A stretch of 64,000 bases of DNA from Lachnospiraceae bacterium Phil5. GTDB taxonomy: Bacteria; Bacillota; Clostridia; TANB77; CAG-508. This document shows, one piece after another, positions 52,906 to 62,490 of this stretch; positions within the stretch are counted from its first letter, which is position 1, and each line of letters begins with the position of its first letter. The notes under the pieces are model-generated. The model had not been told where the DNA came from and did not search any database. It saw only the letters and a list, made by a program, of their open reading frames with translations. A program made the translations under genes and the position numbers. The stretch lies in contig NWBM01000002.1 of NCBI GenBank assembly GCA_002633185.1, positions 438,832-502,831 on the forward strand, in the 5' to 3' direction.

Positions 52906-55296
52906 ATGAAAAAACGTAATGAACTATCTTATAAGGAATTGAAAATGATTTGCAACCCAGACTTATTCAATTTTGAAACAACAGATGAACTCAATAATAT
53001 GACATCTGGAATTGGTCAAGAAAGAGGAATTAAAGCTCTTCAATTTGGTGTAAATGTTGATATTAAAGGCTATAACCTATATTTAGAAGGTCCAACAGGA
53101 GTTGGAAAAACAGTTTATGCTAAAAATTATTTAGATGAAATATCTAAGAAAAAGAAAACTCCAAATGACTGGGTTTATGTTTATAATTTTGATGATCCTA
53201 ATGAGCCTGTTGCAATTTCACTTTCAGCAGGTCAAGGTAAAGAATTTCAAGAAACAATGGATTCTTTCATAAAAGATATACAAGTTGATATTAAAAATAC
53301 CTTCAATAATGATGATTTTGAAAAAGAAAAAGCATTAATTAAAAGTGAATATGAAGAAAAAAGAAATATTTTAATGGAGCAACTTAATAAAAAGTCTGAA
53401 AAATATGGTTTTCAAGTTAAGTCTGCAAAAAACGGTATATATATGATGCCTATGCTTGATGGTAAAACAATTGAGCAAGAAGATTTTGAAAAATTAGATG
53501 ATGAATTAAAACAACAATTTGAAGAAAAATCTGTTATTGTTCAAGAACACATTATTCAAGCTATTGGTGAAATTAAAGAAATTGAAAAACAAACCGAAAA
53601 GAAAATTCAAGAATGGCAATCTAATATTGCTTTACTTACTGTTAACGGACACATTAACTATATTAAATCAAAATTTAAGAGAAATAAAAAGCTTACAAAA
53701 TTCTTAGAAGATGTAAAAAAAGATATATTAAAAAATGTGGATTACTTCTTAGCTGAACCACAACCTGAGCAAGTTCCTCCACCTCCTGGTCCAAGGCCTG
53801 AAATGCCAAAACCATGGCTAAATTATAGAGTTAACTTATTTGTAGATAATAGTAAACAAGAAGGTGCTCCTGTTGTAATGGACTCTAACTACTCTTATCA
53901 CAATATATTTGGAAAACTTGAATATGAAAATTACTATGGTTCATTAAAAACAGATTACACAATGTTAAAACCAGGTTTACTACATGAGGCAAATGGTGGT
54001 TATATTATATTCCAAGCAAGAGATTTAATTGCAAATGGAATTTGTTATGATGCTTTGAAAAAAGCTTTAAGAACTAAAGAATTATTGTTAGAAAATACTG
54101 CAGATCAACGTTCAAGTATGGTTATGGTTTCATTAAAACCTGAGCCTATTCCTCTTGATATTAAAGTTTTATTAGTAGGAAATGAACAAATATATCAAAC
54201 ATTACTTGCATTAGATGAGGATTTCAGAAAATTATTCAAAATAAAAGTAGAATTTGAAGATACTTCTGAAAACAATGTAGAAAACATGGTTAAAATAGCT
54301 GAATTTATTCACACATTCTGTGAACAAGAAGACCTTCCACCTCTTGATAAAACTGCTGTTGCAAAAGTTATGGAATATTCTTCAAGGCTTGCTGATAATC
54401 AGGAAAAACTATCAACAAGATTTAATGACTTATCTCAAATTGTTGCTGAAGCTGCAACTTGGACTAAAATGGATAAAGAAAAAGTTGTTACAGGAGATTA
54501 TATAGATAAAGCTTTGCAAGAACGTGTTGAAAGAATTAAAAAATATGATACAAGATATTTGGAAATGATTAAAGATAATACCCTATTAATTAATACATCT
54601 GGTAGTGAAGTTGGTCAAATTAATGGTTTAACAATTATGAGTATTGGTGATTACTGTTTTGGAAAACCTGCAAAGATTACTGCAAATACTTACACAGGTA
54701 AGTCTGGTATTATAAATATTGAACGTGAAGTTGATTTATCTGGATCTACCCATTCAAAGGGTGTGTATATTCTAAGTGGATATTTAGGAGAAAAATTTGC
54801 ACAAGATATTCCACTTTCCCTTACAGCTAGTATTTGTTTTGAACAATTATATAATGGTGTTGATGGTGATAGTGCTTCAAGTACTGAATTATATGCTATT
54901 TTATCTAGCTTGTCTGGAGTTCCTATTAATCAATCTATTGCTGTTACAGGATCTGTAAATCAAAAAGGTGAAATTCAACCTATTGGTGGTGTTAATGAAA
55001 AGATTGAAGGATTCTTCCAAATTTGCGAAACTCGTGGATTGGATGGTTCTCATGGTGTTATTATTCCTATTCAAAATGTTAAAAATTTGAATTTAAATAA
55101 TAATGTTTTAGATGCAGTTAAAAATAAGAAGTTTCATATTTATGCTATTTCTAGCATTGATGAAGGAATTGAATTATTAACTGGAGTTCCTGCTGGTAAA
55201 CGTGATAGTAATGGCAAATTCCCTGCTGGTAGTATAAATTATTTAGCTTATGAGAAGCTTAAGAAGTATGCAGAGATTAGTAGAAAACATAACTAA
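52906..55296 (+). CDS. Lon-like ATP-dependent protease (COG1067-type: AAA+ module plus C-terminal S16 protease domain)
   Basis: Walker A GPTGVGKT, an S16 Ser motif DGDSASS, and a Lys dyad region. An unusual proline-rich linker PPPGPRPEMPKP is present. It occupies the position usually held by tsaD after tsaE-tsaB-rimI. Confidence 0.8.
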   Translation: MKKRNELSYKELKMICNPDLFNFETTDELNNMTSGIGQERGIKALQFGVNVDIKGYNLYLEGPTGVGKTVYAKNYLDEISKKKKTPNDWVYVYNFDDPNEPVAISLSAGQGKEFQETMDSFIKDIQVDIKNTFNNDDFEKEKALIKSEYEEKRNILMEQLNKKSEKYGFQVKSAKNGIYMMPMLDGKTIEQEDFEKLDDELKQQFEEKSVIVQEHIIQAIGEIKEIEKQTEKKIQEWQSNIALLTVNGHINYIKSKFKRNKKLTKFLEDVKKDILKNVDYFLAEPQPEQVPPPPGPRPEMPKPWLNYRVNLFVDNSKQEGAPVVMDSNYSYHNIFGKLEYENYYGSLKTDYTMLKPGLLHEANGGYIIFQARDLIANGICYDALKKALRTKELLLENTADQRSSMVMVSLKPEPIPLDIKVLLVGNEQIYQTLLALDEDFRKLFKIKVEFEDTSENNVENMVKIAEFIHTFCEQEDLPPLDKTAVAKVMEYSSRLADNQEKLSTRFNDLSQIVAEAATWTKMDKEKVVTGDYIDKALQERVERIKKYDTRYLEMIKDNTLLINTSGSEVGQINGLTIMSIGDYCFGKPAKITANTYTGKSGIINIEREVDLSGSTHSKGVYILSGYLGEKFAQDIPLSLTASICFEQLYNGVDGDSASSTELYAILSSLSGVPINQSIAVTGSVNQKGEIQPIGGVNEKIEGFFQICETRGLDGSHGVIIPIQNVKNLNLNNNVLDAVKNKKFHIYAISSIDEGIELLTGVPAGKRDSNGKFPAGSINYLAYEKLKKYAEISRKHN

Positions 55297-55298
55297 TT

Positions 55299-55327
55299 TT
55301 GACTTTTTTATGTAAATTTGGTATAAT
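55299..55327 (+). promoter_or_regulatory. Consensus sigmaA promoter TTGACT-17-TATAAT
   Basis: Perfect -10 TATAAT (55322-55327) and near-perfect -35 TTGACT (55299-55304) with a 17-nt spacer, about 55 nt upstream of ORF 55384. Confidence 0.5.
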
Positions 55328-55383
55328 TATTGTATAGCTATATGCTATAAATTTATTAAGCCTTAAGTGGCTGGAGGTACCAA

Positions 55384-55656
55384 ATGTATAAGCAGATTTC
55401 ATCACAGTATTTCGAGAACCAGACAGGAAGCACTCATCGGTTTGTTGAAGACGCATTGCAGCACTGCCTTGACGTAATCAACTATGAAAAAGGAACCATC
55501 GTTGGTTCTCCCCTTATGGAGTCATTCCACGATGCATCGTATGGTCGTTACGGCTCTGTCACCGTTATTTATATGGTTGATGCTAAGAACGACGATGTTC
55601 CTTCCAATGAGAACAAAAAAGCATTTATTGATACCTTAAATAACGCATTCAAATAA
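55384..55656 (+). CDS. Hypothetical small protein, compositionally foreign (about 42% GC)
   Basis: RBS GGAGG with ATG at 55384; 90 aa. It contains an in-frame CGG (Arg), absent from native genes here. It has its own promoter and terminator. No family recognised. Confidence 0.5.
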   Translation: MYKQISSQYFENQTGSTHRFVEDALQHCLDVINYEKGTIVGSPLMESFHDASYGRYGSVTVIYMVDAKNDDVPSNENKKAFIDTLNNAFK

Positions 55657-55662
55657 GAATGC

Positions 55663-55698
55663 AAAAAGCAATGGATTTTTTCCATTGCTTTTTATTTT
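55663..55698. terminator. Bidirectional terminator (AGCAATGGA-TTTTTT-TCCATTGCT)
   Basis: An A-run and a T-run flank a perfect 9-bp stem. It serves plus ORF 55384 / lon and the convergent rplS. Confidence 0.6.
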
Positions 55699-55709
55699 TA
55701 TATTTGAAA

Positions 55710-56297
55710 TTATTCAGCGTCTGTTGTTTCTTCAGTTTTTTCTTCACTAGCTGGAGCTTCTTCTGCTGTTTCTTCAGCTACTTCTTCTGCAGCTTCTTCA
55801 ACTGTTTCCTCAGCTTTAACTTCTTCAGCAGCTGGTGTTTCTGCAGCTTCTACAACAGCTTCTTCTACTGGTGCAGCTACTTCTTCTACAACTTCTTCAG
55901 CAGGAGCTTCTGCTAAATCTTCTTTAATAGTAATTTCTTTATCTTCAATTCTTGCTCCTATAGCTTCTTTAGTCTTAGCAGCTTTACCTACTCTATCTCT
56001 TAAATAGAATAATTTAGCTCTTCTTGCTTTACCAACTCTTACTAATTCAACTTTTTCAACCATTGGTGAATGTACTAAGAAAGTTTTTTCAACACCTACA
56101 CCATAAGCAACTCTTCTTACTGTAAATGTAGCGTTAACTCCTCCACCTTGTTTTTTAATTATTATTCCTTCGAATACTTGGATTCTTTCTCTATTACCTT
56201 CCTTAATTCTTTGGTGAACTCTAACAGTATCTCCAACTTTTAAGGCAGGAATTTTATTTTTCATTTGCTCGTGTTCAATAGATTTTATAATATCCAT
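55710..56297 (-). CDS. rplS: 50S ribosomal protein L19 with about 80-aa acidic Ala/Glu/Val-rich C-terminal extension
   Basis: An N-terminal 115 aa canonical L19 ([11 protein letters not shown]...[14 protein letters not shown]), then [42 protein letters not shown].... Confidence 0.9.
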   Translation of the reverse strand: MDIIKSIEHEQMKNKIPALKVGDTVRVHQRIKEGNRERIQVFEGIIIKKQGGGVNATFTVRRVAYGVGVEKTFLVHSPMVEKVELVRVGKARRAKLFYLRDRVGKAAKTKEAIGARIEDKEITIKEDLAEAPAEEVVEEVAAPVEEAVVEAAETPAAEEVKAEETVEEAAEEVAEETAEEAPASEEKTEETTDAE

Positions 56298-56370
56298 CGA
56301 TATTCTCCTCCTTATTTTTATTTTAATATATTAGGACTCTTATTTTCCTAGGGTATCCTTCTCCCTGATT

Positions 56371-57042
56371 TTATTTTTCCAGTAATTCTGGTCTTTTTTT
56401 CTTGGTTATTTGTAAAGCTTGTTCTTCTCTCCATTTGCGAATATTTTCATGATGTCCAGAAATTAATACCTCTGGAACCTTTACACCATTAAATACTTCT
56501 GGTCTTGTATATTGTGGATATTCCAATAAATTATTTCCATTTGAAAAAGATTCTTCTGAAGTTGATTCTTCACTTATAACTCCTTCAATATATCTACTAA
56601 CAGAATCTATTAAAACCATTGCTGGAATTTCTCCTCCTGTTAATACATAATCACCTATTGATATTTCCTCATCTACAATTTCATCTAATACTCTTTGGTC
56701 TATTCCTTCATAGTGTCCGCAAAGTAGGATTAAATGCTTTTCTTTACTTAATTCAATAACCTTGTTTTGATTTAGTACCTTACCTTGTGGAGACATATAT
56801 ATAACTTTTGCTTCATCAGACTTAACTGAATTGTATGCATCATATACTACATCTGGTCTTATAACCATTCCTGCTCCTCCACCATATGGAGTGTCATCAA
56901 CATTTTTGTGTTTATCTTTTGAAAAATCTCTAATGTTTATTAAATTGATATTTATTAAATCTCTTTCAATTGCTTTTCCTATAATGCTTTCGTTTAATGA
57001 ACTAAACATTTCTGGAAAAAGTGTTAAAACATCAAATTTCAT
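56371..57042 (-). CDS. trmD: tRNA (guanine37-N1)-methyltransferase
   Basis: MKFDVLTLFPEMF, SPOUT knot motifs, and GGEIPAMVLIDSV. Confidence 0.95.
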   Translation of the reverse strand: MKFDVLTLFPEMFSSLNESIIGKAIERDLININLINIRDFSKDKHKNVDDTPYGGGAGMVIRPDVVYDAYNSVKSDEAKVIYMSPQGKVLNQNKVIELSKEKHLILLCGHYEGIDQRVLDEIVDEEISIGDYVLTGGEIPAMVLIDSVSRYIEGVISEESTSEESFSNGNNLLEYPQYTRPEVFNGVKVPEVLISGHHENIRKWREEQALQITKKKRPELLEK

Positions 57043-57066
57043 TTTGCTACACTCCTTTCTTTTGGT

Positions 57067-57100
57067 AAGATGTTTTTTGGAGGTGTCCCCAAAAATCTAT
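57067..57100. repeat. Copy 3 (reverse orientation) of the palindromic GGGACACCTCC repeat, overlapping the rimM stop
   Basis: AAGATGTTTTTTGGAGGTGTCCCCAAAAATCTAT. On the operon mRNA it reads ...GGGGACACCUCC..., an anti-SD mimic 25 nt upstream of the trmD SD AAAGGAGUG. Confidence 0.6.
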
Positions 57101-57603
57101 ACTAAACCTTCTAATAAATGAACTGTAACTATTTGTTTTTCAACATCAATGTTTAAGATTACTTCTTCAATGTGTGGTAAAAGTATTTGTTTACCCATTT
57201 CATCTTTTACAACAAATATATCTTTAGCTCCAGTATTATAGATGTCATCTACAATTCCAAGAATTTTTCCGTCATCTGTAATTACTTGTGAACCTATTAT
57301 ATCTGCAATAAAATATGTACCTTCTGGAAGCTCTCTTGCATCTTTTCTGTGAATTCGAATATAGCATCCTTTTAGCTTTTCAGCAGTGTTCATATCATTA
57401 ACATTTTTTAATTTTAGAATTATCATGTTTTTATGATATTTAATTTGCTCAATTTCGTATTCTATTAATTGTTTGTTTTTTACAACATAAATTGAATTTA
57501 ATTCTTCAAATCGTTCAATATCATCTGTATAAGGAACTACTTTTAATTCTCCTTTTACACCAAATGTATTAACAATTTGTCCAATTTCGAAATATTCTTG
57601 CAT
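57097..57603 (-). CDS. rimM: Ribosome maturation factor RimM
   Basis: 168 aa; N-terminal GxVxxxxGxxGExKV and a PRC barrel. Confidence 0.9.
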   Translation of the reverse strand: MQEYFEIGQIVNTFGVKGELKVVPYTDDIERFEELNSIYVVKNKQLIEYEIEQIKYHKNMIILKLKNVNDMNTAEKLKGCYIRIHRKDARELPEGTYFIADIIGSQVITDDGKILGIVDDIYNTGAKDIFVVKDEMGKQILLPHIEEVILNIDVEKQIVTVHLLEGLV

Positions 57604-57616
57604 AACGCGCTACCTC

Positions 57617-57850
57617 TTATTCTTCAACAAAATCTACATTAACTCTTTTGCCTTCTTTTCCAGCAACAGATTTCATAACAGTTCTAATTGATTTTGCAAC
57701 TCGTCCTTGTTTTCCAATAACTTTACCCATATCTTCTGGAGCAACTTTAACTTTATAATCAATAGATCTTTCATTAATTGTTTCTTCAATAGATACTTGG
57801 TCTCTATTATCAACAAGACAAGCTATCATAATTTCTAATACTTCTTTCAT
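57617..57850 (-). CDS. KH-domain RNA-binding protein (YlqC family)
   Basis: 77 aa; the KH GxxG motif VIGKQGRVAKSIR. Confidence 0.8.
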   Translation of the reverse strand: MKEVLEIMIACLVDNRDQVSIEETINERSIDYKVKVAPEDMGKVIGKQGRVAKSIRTVMKSVAGKEGKRVNVDFVEE

Positions 57851-57880
57851 AAAATACCCCTTTCTATAAAGGTACTACTA

Positions 57881-58126
57881 TTATTTTGAAGCTTTTTCTA
57901 TTAAAGCTTTAACAGTATCTGTTGGTTTTGCACCATTCTTTATCCATTTTTCTACTTTTTCGTTATCTAAAACTATTGTAGCAGGATTTGTCATTGGATC
58001 ATAAGTACCAATTTTTTCTACTATTTTACCATCTCTTGGGCTTCTTGAATCAGCAACAACTATATGATAAAATGGAGCTTTTTTAGCACCTTGTCTTTGT
58101 AATCTTATCTTTACCATTTTTTTCAC
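57881..58126 (-). CDS. rpsP: 30S ribosomal protein S16
   Basis: [30 protein letters not shown] canonical. Confidence 0.95.
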   Translation of the reverse strand: MKKMVKIRLQRQGAKKAPFYHIVVADSRSPRDGKIVEKIGTYDPMTNPATIVLDNEKVEKWIKNGAKPTDTVKALIEKASK

Positions 58127-58180
58127 CTCCCGAAAAATTGAAAAATATTTAATTTCATATATAAAAATTAAAATTAAAAA

Positions 58181-59533
58181 CTACATATTAAAGTCTTCTG
58201 GATTTAATCCTTTGAAGTTTTTCATCATCTTCTTCATACCTTTATCAGTATTCATTTGCTTCATCATTTTTTGTGTAACTTCAAAAGTCTCCATAAACTT
58301 GTTAATTTGCTGTACCGAAGTACCGCTACCTGCAGCTATACGTAATCTTCTACTTCCATTTAAAAGTTTAGGATTTCTTCTTTCTTTATCTGTCATAGAA
58401 GAAATTATAGCTTCTATTCTAACTAATTCTTTATCATCAACTTTAACATCTTTAAGCTTGCTTCCCATTCCAGGAATCATTTTTAAAATTGATGAAAAAG
58501 ATCCCATTTTCTTAATTTGTTTTAATTGAGCTAAATAATCATTTAAATCAAATTCACCTTTACGTAGTTGTTTTTCTAATTTTGCAGCTTCTTCAACATC
58601 AAATGATTCTTCAGCTTTTTCTATAATTGAAAGAACATCACCCATTCCTAAAATTCTAGATGCCATTCTATCTGGATGGAATTCTTCAATATCACTTAGC
58701 TTTTCACCAGTTGCAGCAAACTTTATTGGCCTTCCTGTAACTTTTTTAACTGATAATGCAGCACCACCACGTGTATCACCATCAAGCTTTGTAAGTACAA
58801 CACCATCAATTCCAACGTTTTCGTTGAATGTTGTTGCTACATTTACTGCATCTTGACCAGTCATTGAATCTACTACAAGTAGTATTTCATGTGGTTTAAC
58901 TGCTAATTTCAAGTTTTTAAGTTCTTGCATTAATTCTTCATCTATATGAAGACGTCCTGCTGTATCTAAAATTATTACATCATTTAGCTTACTAATTGCT
59001 GTATTATATGCCTGTTTTGCAATTTGTACAACATCTTTAGTTGATTCATTTGCATATACAGGAATATTTAACTGATTTCCAACAACTTGTAATTGTTTAA
59101 TAGCTGCGGGTCTATAAACATCACATGCAACTAGCAACGGCTTTTTACCTTGTTTTCTTAAAAGATTAGCAAGTTTTCCAGCAGTTGTTGTTTTACCAGA
59201 ACCTTGTAAACCAACTAGCATAATTATTGTTGGAGGATTTGGAGTAAAATTAATTTTACTTTCTGTTCCACCTAATAATTCAACTAATTCATCTTTAACA
59301 ATTTTTATAACTTGTTGACCTGGTGTTAATGATTTTAAAACATCTTGACCAAGCGCCTTTTCTTGAATTGTAGCAATAAATTCTTTTACTATTTTATAAT
59401 TAACATCAGCCTCTAGTAATGCAAGTTTTACTTCTCTTAGCATTTCTTTTAAATCTGATTCTGTAATTCTTGCCTTTCCTTTTAGCTTTCTGGTAAATTC
59501 TTGTAATTTAGAAGATAGTCCTTCAAATGCCAT
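58181..59533 (-). CDS. ffh: Signal recognition particle protein Ffh (SRP54)
   Basis: The NG domain GLQGSGKTTT, DTAGR, and a methionine-rich M domain. Confidence 0.95.
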   Translation of the reverse strand: MAFEGLSSKLQEFTRKLKGKARITESDLKEMLREVKLALLEADVNYKIVKEFIATIQEKALGQDVLKSLTPGQQVIKIVKDELVELLGGTESKINFTPNPPTIIMLVGLQGSGKTTTAGKLANLLRKQGKKPLLVACDVYRPAAIKQLQVVGNQLNIPVYANESTKDVVQIAKQAYNTAISKLNDVIILDTAGRLHIDEELMQELKNLKLAVKPHEILLVVDSMTGQDAVNVATTFNENVGIDGVVLTKLDGDTRGGAALSVKKVTGRPIKFAATGEKLSDIEEFHPDRMASRILGMGDVLSIIEKAEESFDVEEAAKLEKQLRKGEFDLNDYLAQLKQIKKMGSFSSILKMIPGMGSKLKDVKVDDKELVRIEAIISSMTDKERRNPKLLNGSRRLRIAAGSGTSVQQINKFMETFEVTQKMMKQMNTDKGMKKMMKNFKGLNPEDFNM

Positions 59534-59558
59534 GTGGTTTCCTCCTTATCAGTTAAAA

Positions 59559-59912
59559 TTAATTATATAACATTAATTTTAACTCTTTTCTAATGTTCTC
59601 TAATGATTTGTCTATTTTTTTATTTTCAGCTATTTTTTCTATTTCATCTAATTGTTCTTGTATTTTCTGAATTGATTTTTTATCATCAAGCATTTTTTTC
59701 ATAGCTGAAACCTGTTCTTCTAATTCATATAATTTGTTTTCACTTTTTTTAATAATATCTCTAACTGCTTGCCTAGTTATATTATTGTTTTCTGCAATTT
59801 CCGAAAGTGATAAATCATTGTTGTAATAATCATTTAATAACTCATATTGCTTTTCAGTTAATACTTTCCCATATACTTGGCATAGCATGCTTATTTCAAC
59901 ATTTTTTTCCAT
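59559..59912 (-). CDS. ylxM: UPF0122 / YlxM putative DNA-binding protein
   Basis: 117 aa; a sigma-70 region-4-like HTH LSLSEIAENNNITRQAV. It sits upstream of ffh as in Bacillus. Confidence 0.85.
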   Translation of the reverse strand: MEKNVEISMLCQVYGKVLTEKQYELLNDYYNNDLSLSEIAENNNITRQAVRDIIKKSENKLYELEEQVSAMKKMLDDKKSIQKIQEQLDEIEKIAENKKIDKSLENIRKELKLMLYN

Positions 59913-60097
59913 TTTTTTACCCTTTCATTTTGTAATGCTATTCTACTTTACACTATTTTTGTTAAAATGTCAAGTGTTTTTTGTATTTTTTATTGATTTT
60001 TCAATAAATTTTGGTAGAGTTTTTTTGAGTTATACCAAAAACTCTACTAAAAAAACAGTAATAATTTTCATATTACTGTTTTACTTTAATTATTTAA

Positions 60098-60391
60098 TTA
60101 CATTATTCCTAATTCTTTATATAATCTAGGCAATATTGTTATAACTAAAATTATATCAATAGCTCCTAATATAATACCAAATATAGCCATCCATTTATTT
60201 TTTTCTGTTTCTGCGTTGAATTTTGTTATTCCAAGTACACCTGTAATTATAGCAGCTATACCACATGGAATACCAGCAATTAAAATTCCAACTAAAGATA
60301 GTATGAAACTTGCTAATGCTTTTCCATTATTCTTTTTTCCTATTGATGTATTTCCTGGTTCTTTTATAACATCATTATTATTTTCTTCCAT
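60098..60391 (-). CDS. DUF4190-like small membrane protein
   Basis: Two TM helices with a glycine zipper (GIPCGIAAIITGVLG). Start chosen at MEENNN after the AAAGGGTG RBS. Confidence 0.55.
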   Translation of the reverse strand: MEENNNDVIKEPGNTSIGKKNNGKALASFILSLVGILIAGIPCGIAAIITGVLGITKFNAETEKNKWMAIFGIILGAIDIILVITILPRLYKELGIM

Positions 60392-60487
60392 TTTTTTCAC
60401 CCTTTCATTTTTATTATATTTCAATTTTATCATTAATTTATTATTTTGACAATAATTTCATTAAGATTTCTTTCTGCCAAAAACAAT

Positions 60488-61735
60488 CTAAATTTTAGCT
60501 TCTGTTTCATCAGGTACATAATATTTAGTTCCAAGCATTTTGTCTGGTAAATACTGTTGTTCCACCCAGTGTCCTGGAAAATCGTGTGGATATTTGTATC
60601 CTACACTATAACCTTCACTTTTCATTCCTTCTGCTGGTGCATTTCTTATATGCATTGGAATTTCTCCAGTATCTTGATTTGCAACATCTGCCAACGCTTT
60701 ATCAATTCCTAGATATGCTGCATTAGATTTTGGTGAACGTGCATTATACACTGCCGCTTCTGCTAAAATTATTCTAGCTTCGGGCATGCCTACCATATGC
60801 ACAGCTTGCATCGCAGCATTTGCAACAACTAGTGCCTTTGGATTTGCCATCCCAACATCTTCAGCAGCAGCAATTACAATTCTTCTTGCTAAAAACATTG
60901 GATCTTCTCCACCATTTAAAGCCCTTGCTAAATAAAATAAAACAGCATCAGCATCACTTCCACGCATTGATTTTATAAAAGCGCTTATATTATCATAATG
61001 ACTATCACCATTTTTATCAAAAATTGCTTTTCTATTTTGAACACTGTCTTTTGCAATTTCATTTGTAATATGAATAAATCCGTCTGAATCCATTTGAGTT
61101 GTTAAAACCGCAACTTCTAATCCATTTAAAGCTGTTCTTACATCACCATTTGCTGTTTCTGCAATTTTCATTAATGTTTCATCTTCAATTTTGATGTTAT
61201 AATCTCCAAGTCCACGTTTATCTGTTAATGATTTTTTTAGAACTTTATAAATATCCTCTGTTGTTAATGGATACAATTTAAACACCATTGAACGAGATAT
61301 TAAAGCCTTATTTACCTCAAAATATGGATTTTCTGTTGTTGCACCAATTAAAATAACTGTTCCATTTTCAACATACGGTAAAAGTGCGTCTTGTTGAAGC
61401 TTATTGAACCTATGAATCTCATCAATAAACAAAATACATTTCCCGCTTGGATTTAGCATTACATTTTGAGCTTCTTCAATAGCTGCTTTAATATCACTTA
61501 CACCTGCTGAAACGGCATTTATTCTTTTAAATTTATATTTTGTTGTATTACTTATAACTTTTGCAAGTGAAGTTTTTCCACATCCAGGAGGCCCCCATAG
61601 AATAATGCTAGAAAGCCTATCTGCTTTTATAGTTCTGTATAAAATTTTGTCTTTTCCCAAAATATGTTCTTGTCCTACGTAATCATCTAAACTTTCAGGC
61701 TTCATTCTAAAAGCTAGCGGCTCATTGCTATTCAT
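60488..61735 (-). CDS. rarA: Replication-associated recombination protein A (RarA/MgsA AAA+ ATPase)
   Basis: WGPPGCGKTSLA Walker A, DEIHRFNKLQQDALLPYVE, and a C-terminal MgsA domain. Confidence 0.9.
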   Translation of the reverse strand: MNSNEPLAFRMKPESLDDYVGQEHILGKDKILYRTIKADRLSSIILWGPPGCGKTSLAKVISNTTKYKFKRINAVSAGVSDIKAAIEEAQNVMLNPSGKCILFIDEIHRFNKLQQDALLPYVENGTVILIGATTENPYFEVNKALISRSMVFKLYPLTTEDIYKVLKKSLTDKRGLGDYNIKIEDETLMKIAETANGDVRTALNGLEVAVLTTQMDSDGFIHITNEIAKDSVQNRKAIFDKNGDSHYDNISAFIKSMRGSDADAVLFYLARALNGGEDPMFLARRIVIAAAEDVGMANPKALVVANAAMQAVHMVGMPEARIILAEAAVYNARSPKSNAAYLGIDKALADVANQDTGEIPMHIRNAPAEGMKSEGYSVGYKYPHDFPGHWVEQQYLPDKMLGTKYYVPDETEAKI

Positions 61736-61771
61736 TCTGTACCTCCCCTTTCTTTTTGCTCTGCAAATATG

Positions 61772-62377
61772 CTATCTTGCCAAATTATTTAACGCTTTTC
61801 TTATTAAATCTTCAACACTTAAATTATCTTTTTCAACCTTCTCTAGTGCTTTTTCTACTTCTTTTCTACTATATCCCAATACTTGTAAAGCTGCTATTGC
61901 TTCTGAAACATTTTCCATATTAGCTTCTTTCTTATTTAGCATTGTTTCAAGTTCTTCTTTATTTGTATCATCAGCGGCTTTAACCTTATCTTTCAATTCC
62001 AAGATGATTCTTTGAGCTGTTTTTGCCCCTATTCCAGGCAAGCTTTTTATACTAGCTACATCATCTGTAATCACAGCTAAAGCGAAGCTTGATGGTGTTA
62101 TATTAGATAAAATTGATATTGCAGATTTTGCACCTATTCCGCTTACTGAAAGCAATAATTCGAACATGTGTAATTCTTCATTTGTTATGAAGCCATATAA
62201 GCTCATTTCATCTTCTCTTACTCTTAGATATGTATATATTTTTACCTTTTCACCAACTTCTCCTAATCTGTCTATTGCAGATTCAGACATAAAAATTTTA
62301 TATCCAACACCATTTGCTTCAACAACAACATATCCTAAAGATTTGGCTTCTAAGCTACCTTTTATATATGCATACAT
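61772..62377 (-). CDS. ruvA: Holliday junction branch migration protein RuvA
   Basis: MYAYIKGSLE..., a tandem HhH pair (GIGAKSA / GIGAKTAQRI), and a C-terminal domain III. Confidence 0.9.
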   Translation of the reverse strand: MYAYIKGSLEAKSLGYVVVEANGVGYKIFMSESAIDRLGEVGEKVKIYTYLRVREDEMSLYGFITNEELHMFELLLSVSGIGAKSAISILSNITPSSFALAVITDDVASIKSLPGIGAKTAQRIILELKDKVKAADDTNKEELETMLNKKEANMENVSEAIAALQVLGYSRKEVEKALEKVEKDNLSVEDLIRKALNNLAR

Positions 62378-62490
62378 GTTTACTTCCTCCTTTGCCTTTG
62401 TAATTTATTAATGTGCCAAAAATAATTGACCTAATTATGGCATCTTTGGCACATTAAATTTATATATATCAAATTTCTTATTTTGTTTTT

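Noticed and set aside
55710-55916. Separate gene for the acidic tract after L19, or the plus-strand ORF 55659..55916
   Set aside because: The acidic region is in the same frame as L19, with no intervening stop or RBS. The plus-strand ORF is the antisense of the GCT / GAA repeat tract.
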